Assembly: GCA_040437565.1 (NCBI GenBank)
Contig: JBDOQK010000027.1
Coordinates: forward strand, 248,001 to 312,000
Length of the DNA stretch: 64,000 nucleotides
Direction of reading: 5' to 3'
From: Albugo candida
Lineage: Eukaryota
The notes below the pieces were generated by a model. It was not told the DNA's origin, did not search any database, and saw only the letters and a list, made by a program, of their open reading frames with translations. Below, one piece after another: positions 49,684 through 60,591 of this stretch (the stretch's first letter is position 1; the number at the start of each line of letters is the position of its first letter). The position numbers were made by a program, and so were the translations under genes.

Positions 49684-50410
49684 ATAAAAGATTATTGGAA
49701 TCGACTGTCGCGAGGAAGGATACAGTCAGCACATATGATAGAACTATTCTTGAGAACCTTATGTGACCAGATGCGCTCATATTCTCTCGGTAAATAGCGT
49801 TCGACGATTGCCAAAACGATTTGTATAGAGTCCGGGAAGCGGATGTGGATTTAGATCAAATGTTGTAAGAAAAGACACGGTTATCCTGTAACAATGTAGA
49901 AATTTGGCTGCTCCGTCTTTTTCATTTATATAGAGTTCAGAGCGCATTTTCTCCCATGAGCGTGATTAGGTAGATTACTTGCGAAATAAGCGAACATAAT
50001 GAGCGACAGGAATAGCGTAAAGACGATTTGGGCGGCAAGGTTAAAAGCTACAGCCCAGCCGATCGTTAGTCACTGAGAAGTTACACTCGCTTCTATGTCT
50101 CTCTTCACCCGTAAGTTGACCGAATGTTGGCCGAAAGGAAGCCTTCTAAAATTTCGTGACGGAAGTGTGATACATCACGACCTTAACATGGGTATCCTTG
50201 CACAAATGAGAAGTTGCTGACTCTATGTCATCGACCCTGTAAGATGTATCCCCAGAAAACGATCCCACTTCTCCAATTTCGCGTCGTATACCCCGTAAAT
50301 GCTAAAACTAAACAATCAACCTCCTATGACGTGGACAGTTCGGTTCGCTATGAACGACTTTTACTAATCATCAACTGATTTGAAGATCAGTTTCGAAAAT
50401 TTATACAGAA

Positions 50411-51826
50411 ATGCGAGTAGTAGCGGTCTTTTTGTTGTCGAACTTCATACTGAGCGCTTGCGCTTGCGGGCATCATCAACGTGTCTGGGCGCAAGATCGA
50501 TCTTCACGCTCACTTTCCACTTTGACAGATTCAGCAGAACCAGGAAGCAAATGTCCTTCATGTGGAATGTCTACACTGGAAATGGGCTACGATAATCACA
50601 ATTATGTTGAATTTATGAATGGCCAACGGATTTATACTTGCGGTATGGAACCCAGATCATTTGAGGCATACACATTTCAAGTGACAGACACTGCGTACAT
50701 TGCAGCCAATGTGGTATGTTAATGCACTTATATGTTTATCTATGTACTTATTTTATGATTACAGGCCGAATTCATCAGCAAAGATCCCAGCGATTGTACT
50801 AATGATTGTACACTGTGCGCTTCAAACAGTTTACGAGATCCCATCGATGGAAAAGTCGTCGCATCCAACGCTTTTTACTTTGTGTGTCTCAATAAAGGAC
50901 AAAAAGTATTTTTCGCTTCTGAGGCGAATAAAGCAAAGTATCTCGAAAATGTCAACAAAGATGTTCGATATCTTGTTACAAACACGATATGTAGTTTGGT
51001 CGTTTGTCAAGATGCGATGAAAATCACAGTTTTGAGTCCCGCAGCGAAAGCGTTCACGCCGAAATCACAATTGAAAACTTCGTCGTCAAATAAAAACGCC
51101 CAAACAGATCAATCCGGCAACTCTGGTAATTTAGTGAAAACTTCTTTGGCGAATAGACATCACGATGCTGCACGATTTTGCACTGGAGAGGGAACCGTAA
51201 TGTTCAACGGATTTCAGTTGACCGCGAATGGATCATGTGTTCGACTCTTTTTTACCTCTTGGGTTCTCAACAGTGGATTCAAGTACGCTTTGGGGTTTAT
51301 TGGTATCTTCTTGATCGCAGTGTTCAATGAGTTTTTAGCAACATTCCGGGAACAATTTCGTCAAAGATTGAGAGAAATACCTCCTTCAACTCGTTATGCT
51401 CAATTTGGAAAGAAAGGAATGCTGGTCTCATTATACATGCTCCAGATGACCATCGCGTACTTTGCAATGTTAGTGGTCATGATATACGAGACTGGGCTCT
51501 TCATTGCGCTCATCTTAGGCTTCTCCACGGGTTTTTTGCTTTTCAAAAACTTGGATCAAGATGTGACGCACGAGCGCGGAAATTGGCGTTACACGGACCC
51601 ATCGACAGTGTGTTTACATGTTGAAGGGATGAATTGCATGAAGAACTGCGGTTATACAATCGAAAATGCATTACGAAAAGTGAATGGAGTCACTCGCGCC
51701 GTTGTTGATTTTAACGAGAAGAAAGCGTACGTGGCAGGTACAGCGGATTTCAATGATATTTTGGCTTGCATTGAAGCGATCGGATACTCTGCTCGCATTG
51801 AAGCCGGAAATACGCTCGGCCCATGA
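50411..51826 (+). CDS. Ctr copper transporter with signal peptide, Cys-rich YHS/TRASH-like ectodomain and C-terminal HMA domain (2 exons, ~454 aa)
   Basis: Intron 50714-50764 joins the ORFs in frame. Ctr motifs MFNGF, LFFTSW and AYFAMLVVMIYETGLFIALILGFSTG (MxxxM, GxxxG); HMA LHVEGMNCMKNCGYTIENALRKVNGV. Confidence 0.88.
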
Positions 51827-52034
51827 TATGGATAGCCACAATGTCGTAGAGCCAGGCTGTTGCGAGTGCGATGATTGCATGCTCGACAATCATTTTTCGA
51901 ATAATTTGATGTATATACTTTACTGAATAATATAGACCTTCCAGAATGAATGATTCGAAAATATACGAATCAAATTCTCGCGATCTTTTCTTCCAACAGA
52001 TCTTTGATTCATTATTATTCTACGCTTTGATTTT

Positions 52035-55000
52035 ATGTCACAAAGCACAGAAACCGATCTATTTGATACTCATAAAGCTGCAGATATGTCTGATAAGGAT
52101 GCAAACTCCACTAATGAAGGTGGGAAGTCTGTGCCTCAATCCCCTCTCACCGTATCGACCGCAAATACGCCTCCAACGACAACAAACACAGTTTCCTCAC
52201 CAAGAAATGAATTTTACGTGTCACAACGCATGACCCCCGACTTCGAATCCAATCGTATCAACTCACTTTCCGTTGAGGAGCAAGAAATCCTCGCAAACAT
52301 TCAGGACTTACAGCTCCAACTCATGAAGGTAAGATTCTTCAGTGAATTGTTACAATTATATGACTTGCAGACCTCAATTCACTTGCACTTGCTAATGTTG
52401 AACTTGCGCAGTTGCGCGCTGAACATGACGAAGACAGCGAGGATGAAGAACACTCGCGTTTTGGACCAACGGCTCTTTCTTCGTCCATGTTGAACAACAT
52501 CAATCCTCTTCCCTCCAGCCAGCTGATTATTGTGTCCAACACACTGCCTATCGTCTTGGAGCGAGTTCCACAAACAGGAAGATGGAGAGCGATCAAAACC
52601 ACTGGTGGATGGGATAAATTAATGTGCCTTACAGACGTCAAAAACAACCTACAATTTATTTGGATCGGACACGTCGGTCAGCACATACCGAAACACGAGC
52701 AGGATGAAGTGAGGCGGCTACTGAAGAAACATAATTTCGTACCGGTATTTTTCTCATCGGAAAGTGTTACAAATCGGTACAATATTTTCTCTTCGGAAGT
52801 GCTTTGGTCCCTTTTTCATTATGTGGCGGAACCAGTGGCGACATCCACATTTTCAGCGCATGGAAATGGAGCTTGTGCCTCGCAATTTTATGCATCGAAA
52901 AGATTTAATAAACAAGACTGGAGAGCCTATGAAGCAGCCAATGAGAGTTTTGCGGATACAATTGCTGAAGTTTACAATGAAGGAGACTCGATCTGGATTC
53001 ACGATTATCATTTGATGCTACTGCCAGAATTATTGCGTCTACGGATTCCATCGTGTTATATTGGATGGTTTCTGCACTCACCTTTTCCAACATCCGATGT
53101 TTACACTCGAATCCCTGTGCGATCGCAATTACTGACTGGTGTTTTGCAAGCGGATTTGGTCGGATTTCAGACGTTTGATTATGAACGACACTTTTTATCA
53201 GCATGCAAACAATTACTCGGTGTCGAGTGCTCTTACCAGGTGATTCGCTCTCCGTTGGCAGATCGAGACCACTTTACCTCTATCGGGGTTTTCCCTATTG
53301 GCATCAGTATCGAACCGTTTGCAAAAGCGGCTGCTAGTGTATCGACACTGCATCGCGTTGATGAATTGCACCGTAAATTTGGTGACAAACGTATCATTTT
53401 GGGCGTTGACCGCTTNNNNNNNNNNNNNNNNNNNNNNNNNNNNNNNNNNNNNNNNNNNNNNNNNNNNNNNNNNNNNNNNNNNNNNNNNNNNNNNNNNNNN
53501 NNNNNNNNNNNNNNNCTGACTGGTGTTTTGCAAGCGGATTTGGTCGGATTTCAGACGTTTGATTATGAACGACACTTTTTATCAGCATGCAAACAATTAC
53601 TCGGTGTCGAGTGCTCTTACCAGGTGATTCGCTCTCCGTTGGCAGATCGAGACCACTTTACCTCTATCGGGGTTTTCCCTATTGGCATCAGTATCGAACC
53701 GTTTGCAAAAGCGGCTGCTAGTGTATCGACACTGCATCGCGTTGATGAATTGCACCGTAAATTTGGTGACAAACGTATCATTTTGGGCGTTGACCGCTTA
53801 GACAATGTGAAAGGTATCCCTCACAAGTTGTTGGCAATGGAATGCTTGCTGGAAAAGTTTCCAGAATGGCAGAACAATGTCGTTCTGGTACAGATTGGAA
53901 TCACATCGCGGTCCGGTGGAGCAGCGAATGACACGGGCATCATGGAAAACACCGCTTCAGACACTTGCTCGAGTACTAAAGAAGGGAACGAGTCTGTTTC
54001 TGGAACGGAAGCATCCGCATCGGAAGAAACAAGAAACTTGTCCAAAGGCGAGTCTGATGGGATACACTCTACAAAGAAAAGCTCACTGCAACCGTCTACC
54101 AGTGAGCTACAACAGGAGATGAGCTCGAATAGCTATCGCAATTTGCTGTCACACGTCAATCAACTTGTTGGTCGTATCAACGGGACATTCGGTGGCTTGC
54201 ACTATGCACCTATCCATTTCCTACACCAAACATCCACTTCACACGAAGAACTCTGTGCTCTGTACGACCTGGCGGATGTATGTTTGGTTACGTCGACAAG
54301 AGATGGCATGAATCTCGTTTCACACGAATTTATCGTCTGTCAGCAACATTTCACGAGGCGGAAAGATCATCGTCATAATTTTGAAGCTTCCCCAAAGAAG
54401 GATATATCGTCACAAAAGGCAAATGATTCCCCATCTTCGTCAAGTTGTCAAAATCCCAAACCAGGCGACCCAACGTCTATAGCCGTCTCACCGACAAACA
54501 TCCTGACGCAATGGGACGGAGAAGAGGGAGGCCCAGGTGTGCTAGTTCTCAGTGAATTCGCTGGATGCTCGCATTCTCTCAGTGGAGCCATTGTTGTCAA
54601 CCCTTGGAATACCGAGAATGTAGCTCTGACTGTTCACCAAGCGCTGGGTATGTGTCGAACCGAACGTGAATTGAGGCAACAAAAGCTTTACCGTTATGTT
54701 TCCACCAACACAGCAAAAGCTTGGGGACTTCAATTCCTGAATGCATTGAGTAATGCGGCTAACAAAAATCGTGGCGATACCAGACAATTACCCAAATTGG
54801 ATCAAAAAGCCATTATGGAATCGTACCGAAACTCTGAAAATCGCGTGATCATCCTAGACTACGATCGGTCTCTATGCCCCCAACACTCTTCGCTGCTCCC
54901 CCTTGCGGCTGTCGGGCCCAATTTCAAATCCCTTTTGGATGCACTAAGCGCGGATCCTCGCAACACTGTCTTTATCGTGAGTGGACGAGAAAGAAAGTTT

Positions 55001-57302
55001 NNNNNNNNNNNNNNNNNNNNNNNNNNNNNNNNNNNNNNNNNNNNNNNNNNNNNNNNNNNNNNNNNNNNNNNNNNNNNNNNNNNNNNNNNNNNNNNNNNNN
55101 GAAGAAACAAGAAACTTGTCCAAAGGCGAGTCTGATGGGATACACTCTACAAAGAAAAGCTCACTGCAACCGTCTACCAGTGAGCTACAACAGGAGATGA
55201 GCTCGAATAGCTATCGCAATTTGCTGTCACACGTCAATCAACTTGTTGGTCGTATCAACGGGACATTCGGTGGCTTGCACTATGCACCTATCCATTTCCT
55301 ACACCAAACATCCACTTCACACGAAGAACTCTGTGCTCTGTACGACCTGGCGGATGTATGTTTGGTTACGTCGACAAGAGATGGCATGAATCTCGTTTCA
55401 CACGAATTTATCGTCTGTCAGCAACATTTCACGAGGCGGAAAGATCATCGTCATAATTTTGAAGCTTCCCCAAAGAAGGATATATCGTCACAAAAGGCAA
55501 ATGATTCCCCATCTTCGTCAAGTTGTCAAAATCCCAAACCAGGCGACCCAACGTCTATAGCCGTCTCACCGACAAACATCCTGACGCAATGGGACGGAGA
55601 AGAGGGAGGCCCAGGTGTGCTAGTTCTCAGTGAATTCGCTGGATGCTCGCATTCTCTCAGTGGAGCCATTGTTGTCAACCCTTGGAATACCGAGAATGTA
55701 GCTCTGACTGTTCACCAAGCGCTGGGTATGTGTCGAACCGAACGTGAATTGAGGCAACAAAAGCTTTACCGTTATGTTTCCACCAACACAGCAAAAGCTT
55801 GGGGACTTCAATTCCTGAATGCATTGAGTAATGCGGCTAACAAAAATCGTGGCGATACCAGACAATTACCCAAATTGGATCAAAAAGCCATTATGGAATC
55901 GTACCGAAACTCTGAAAATCGCGTGATCATCCTAGACTACGATCGGTCTCTATGCCCCCAACACTCTTCGCTGCTCCCCCTTGCGGCTGTCGGGCCCAAT
56001 TTCAAATCCCTTTTGGATGCACTAAGCGCGGATCCTCGCAACACTGTCTTTATCGTGAGTGGACGAGAAAGAAAGTTTATCGAAACTTGGCTCAACGGTG
56101 TTCGCGTTGGTGTCGCAGCTGAAGACGGATTTTTTTATCGCATGAATCTGCAGAATTCACGCGAGCGCTGGAAGACAATGAGCAAATTCCAATACGACGT
56201 CGCAAGCAGTCGTGTGTATGGCAGTAGCTCTGCCAGCACAGTTGGACCACTCCATTCAGGCGATTCTGGAGTAGAGAACACGCGAAAGAACAGAAGTATG
56301 AGCGTTGGAAGTGGCAGTATCCGTAGCCGAACATCTATGAGTCATCAGGGAAGTGCAGCGAGTCCTACATCGGCTACTACTCGATACCCACCATCCACGA
56401 CAGGTTTATCGGATGCAGACGAATCTGAACTCGCGGGAGCGACAAGCGGAGGAGTTGAGTATTTAGATGTTTTCCAAGAGTGGTCTCGCCCTGAGGATGA
56501 AGACAATATGTCGTGGAAGAACTTGGTGCTACCTACGATGGAATTGTTCACCGACAGAACACCTGGTAGCTACATCGAAGAGAAAGAGAGCTCCTTGACG
56601 TGGCACTATTGCGACGCTGACTCTCAGTTTGGCAGTTGGCAAGCAAAAGATCTGCAAATCATGCTCGAACGCCAATTGATTGGTACTGCGCTGGATGTTT
56701 ATCAAGGCCAATTCTTTGTGAGCGTGGAGCATGAAGGATGCACAAAAGCCAAGGTTGTGGAGGGAGTCTTGAAATATTTATCGCTGCCACAGCAACTCGC
56801 GGCGAAAAATATGAAGGAAGTGGATTTCGTATTATGCGTCTGCGATGACGTATCCGATGATCAAATGTTCCAGACGCTGCATACGTTATTCCTCGAATGT
56901 CGAGAACGTCATGAACGGCGAAGTCGCGAGGAACGTGATGCAATGACTCGGCCTAAAGAATCGGCAAACAGCAAGATTGATGGAAACTCAAGCTTGAAAG
57001 TGTCGCCTTTAGAAACGCTCGAGAAGAAGAAGAAATCGTTGACTGCGACTGCAACCACAGAAGAAGAGAAAGAATTGGAATGTTTCGAAGACCAAGATCC
57101 CGATAATATGGTGACGTTCAGTCGACTGCACAAAGTTCCCGTCCGTATGTCAAATGCTGCCTCTATATTCACCGTCGTCGTTGGTAGTGATGTGCGTCAT
57201 AGCGGAAGCTCCAGTCGGCATCAACGTGCGTGTGTGGTGGATTCTCTGGTCGATGTGCGGAAGGTTCTGCGCGAATTTGTAGATATCAGCGCATCTCAAT
57301 GA
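52035..57302 (+). CDS. TPS: Bifunctional trehalose-6-phosphate synthase/phosphatase (GT20 + HAD); two artefactual internal duplications
   Basis: VSNTLP, WIHDYHL, FLHSPFP, LGVDRLDNVKGI, RDGMNLV and LSEFAG; TPP part LDYDRSL, VSGR, RTPGSYIEEKE and CDDVSDDQMF. Intron ~52329-52411. Confidence 0.93.
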
Positions 57303-57452
57303 GTTTGATCGCTTGTCGGATTTCGGATCAACTTTGATCGATACCATCTTTGTGTTTCTAATTTCGCCATCAATCAACAGCTTTGTTTCATTGATCGTGT
57401 TCTTATCTCTCTGCTCTCATACCATCTCCATAGGTCAAGCAGTCACATGCGA

Positions 57453-58874
57453 TCAAAGCAGCTCGTAGAAATACTCGAGACCTATGATGATATCCATGTC
57501 AATCAGGAGCAAAGTACACGGAAGGCCTCAAGTACCTTGTCCAAGCTCCCAAATAGCGACTCCAGCGCAAGACCGCTCCTGAATGAGCACAAATCGATCG
57601 CGTAGGAATTCAAGACAAGGATAGTATACGCGGTGAAGATGGTCGTGCTCCTTGTATTTGAAGAAGCATTCCTGTGACCCAAAGTGAGTTTCGAATGAGT
57701 GGAATTGCAGTGGACATACGTGAGCATTGGAATCCCATTGCAGTGAGCCATTCGGGTCGGTTGCCTGAGCAGAACGCAATACTGAAAGGTAGGAAGATCC
57801 AATGATGGCGTCTACATCTTCCGACGTTTAGCAACACACTTTGAAAGTACACAGGCCGCCACCATTGTTATCGTAGCCGTAAAATGGGATTCCAATCAAC
57901 AGCTTGGAACGATGCCTGGCGGAAATACGATCCAGCGTCTTTGATATCCAATAAAGCGGTGCGTTAGGCCCCGGAGCCTGATAGTCGTACGCATTCATTG
58001 AGAAGCGATGGACCACTGAAGCGAGACGATCCAACATCTCGGACGTAATCGCTGGCGTTCCCTTCCGATAAAGCATCAGAAACAACTCCATCGCGACTCA
58101 AACTCACATTTGCTTGACTCTTCCCAATAACAAGAATGAGGATTTTCTTTGCGTCTTTAAGAGATTCTCCAAGCGATATGATGAAATTCAGAACAAGCGC
58201 ATGTAATGGAATCTATACATATCACAAGTGAGCGTCGTATCGCTATTTCCCAAAGCCAAACCTCGAGAGTGATCCCATCGAATTGGTGCTTTACCACCTC
58301 GTCGATAATTGTGTCAACCACATCAGAAACATGAGCTTCGTCCCACGTTTGACGTTCGTAGATCACTCGTGGGACAATTTTCGCATCGGTTTGAGTTCTT
58401 CTCATCCAATCTTGATCGACATCATGGGATCCTGTCAAGATGAATCCGTTGGATACATGGTCACGAATCTACAAATGAGATCAGCCTTTTGACCGACAAG
58501 GAGGTGGCTTAGGCTCACCTGATACCAAACCGGGACGATATATGTCAGTGTTTTACGAAACCGTTCAGCCATGTCATAGCCTTGACCGTTCCATGGTGTC
58601 ACGTATCCCAAAGTCTCCAGCGGAAATTTCTTTTCATGCTCAAAACGTGAAGAGGACGTTAACGACCGGGTGATGATTTCAGTGAAACTTCGCGTAAGTT
58701 TTGTATCGGTATTTCCTTTGCACTGCTCTGATTCATCGATACTGCAGGTCTCCGTATCGGCATTCGTCTATGCAAAGAGTGGTAAATCAGATGGAAGGCT
58801 GAGGATACGTCACAGACACTTTGGAAGCGAGAAAGAGGTTGAAGCAGACAGATGCAAAGCAGAGAGTATTTCAT
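57453..58874 (-). CDS. CHID1: Chitinase domain-containing protein 1-like (GH18, probably inactive), secreted, multi-exon
   Basis: Signal-like [46 protein letters not shown]...[23 protein letters not shown] and YFYELL*. Confidence 0.85.
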
Positions 58875-58938
58875 TCGAAGAAGACTTCTATTTAGACAGA
58901 TAATATCGACATACCCGACAATTACGACTTATTCGACA

Positions 58939-60231
58939 TTATGGAAATGATGGAATATTGACCCAAATTAGTGCGATTGCTACGAGCATGTACGCAGTGA
59001 TAAGCATGGATCCTTCGAGCCAATTGGATTTTCCATCGGCAATGATGGCGTACGCGATGATCACCGACATCATGTAGATCAATATCTCAAACTCTGGAAA
59101 CGCTAATGTCATGGGTTGACCCATGATCCAACCAGCGATGACGACCACGGGTACAACAAAGAGAGAAACTTGAGTCGCGGAACCCACAGCCACACCCATC
59201 GCAAGTTCCATTTTACCATTTCGTGCAACACGTATAGCGGTTACATGTTCCACTGCGTTTCCGATAATTGGTAATAATATGATACCCACAAATGATTTGC
59301 TCAGATTCATATTGGTTGTAAATCCATCGATGGAAGATACCAGAAACTCGGAAAATATGGACACGATTATGGTTGCCCCTAACAAAACGACCGCACTCGC
59401 TCGTTTCGATAGTTCCACTTGCTCTTGCGTCCCTTCTTCTCCTTGAAATATATGTGAATGAGTATGTAGCTGAAAAATCAATAGTTGTGCATACATAAAC
59501 AATAGAAATAATGCAGCGATTCGAGACAACGCCAATGTTCTTTTCATTTTCTCGTCCTGTGTCTCATGATCCGAGAAGTAATAAATGTACGATGGAAGAA
59601 GCATTGCGAAGCTTGCCAGCATCAACAGAGAGGAATTCGCACTGGCACCCACCGCATTAAATACATTCTCAGTAGTTGACATCCCACCAGCGATAAAACT
59701 GCATCCGAGTACAAGCAGTAGATTTGACAAAACTGAGCCAATTAATGAAGACTGCACGACCGCGATTTCTCCCTTACTGAGCGCGAGCACAGCCACAACC
59801 ACTTCCACCGCGTTTCCAAATGTCGCGTTTACCAAGCCACCGATAGTTTCACCAGTGTGAATAGCCAGCGCTTCCGTTGCTTCACCCAGAACATTTGCCA
59901 GTGGTATCATTACAATGAAATTGAGTGTGAAAATCCATGTATCGTTCCAATGCGCCACGTACGACCAGATAGCGAACGGCGCAAAGAATAGCAAGATATT
60001 CAGTCTGGATCCAAATAATAGATTTTTTATAGCTGTTAAATCCGCTCTCCAGGACTGATGTATACTACTTCCCGATTCATAAGACGAACGCAACAAAGAG
60101 ATGCGTTCCCGAGAATTTTTTGCAAAACCGTGTAGATTCGACAATTCCGGTACGCTGCTTTCGTCCGCGCTGTTAGAACTTTGCTGCTGTCGAGCCTTAC
60201 GAATTGACGCATTCGCTTGTCGTGTGTGCAT
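58939..60231 (-). CDS. CAX: Ca2+/H+ exchanger (CAX/VCX1 family)
   Basis: Alpha-repeats GGLVNATFGNAVE and LLPIIGNAVEH, plus GSVLSNLLLVLG, GSATQV and DGKSNWLEG; about 11 TMs. Confidence 0.95.
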   Translation of the reverse strand: MHTRQANASIRKARQQQSSNSADESSVPELSNLHGFAKNSRERISLLRSSYESGSSIHQSWRADLTAIKNLLFGSRLNILLFFAPFAIWSYVAHWNDTWIFTLNFIVMIPLANVLGEATEALAIHTGETIGGLVNATFGNAVEVVVAVLALSKGEIAVVQSSLIGSVLSNLLLVLGCSFIAGGMSTTENVFNAVGASANSSLLMLASFAMLLPSYIYYFSDHETQDEKMKRTLALSRIAALFLLFMYAQLLIFQLHTHSHIFQGEEGTQEQVELSKRASAVVLLGATIIVSIFSEFLVSSIDGFTTNMNLSKSFVGIILLPIIGNAVEHVTAIRVARNGKMELAMGVAVGSATQVSLFVVPVVVIAGWIMGQPMTLAFPEFEILIYMMSVIIAYAIIADGKSNWLEGSMLITAYMLVAIALIWVNIPSFP

Positions 60232-60591
60232 TCTCAGCGACTCACGAAAGTGACTATTTCAAGCGAATGCGAAACAGTTCAGCGACAAGTGCGTATAGTA
60301 TACACTCGCATGTCTTTTTGTCACCTTCCAATCGCTAAAAGCTGATTGAGGACTCGACATCAATAACATGAAATATTACGTTAGAGCACTGATAACAAGT
60401 ATCAAATGGAATCATTGCAAACGGTTCCGATGCTGTGATGCGACCACTCCTGTCGGTCGCAGTACGACATGGCCTCAGCTCTAGATCCTACNNNNNNNNN
60501 NNNNNNNNNNNNNNNNNNNNNNNNNNNNNNNNNNNNNNNNNNNNNNNNNNNNNNNNNNNNNNNNNNNNNNNNNNNNNNNNNNNNNNNNNNN

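Noticed and set aside
53132-56078. Internal domain duplications in TPS, or two TPS genes
   Set aside because: Both repeats flank N gaps exactly; merging them gives one normal TPS-TPP gene.
57453-58874. Active chitinase
   Set aside because: The catalytic DxDxE is replaced by FDGITLE, and the other motifs fit the widely conserved CHID1 type.
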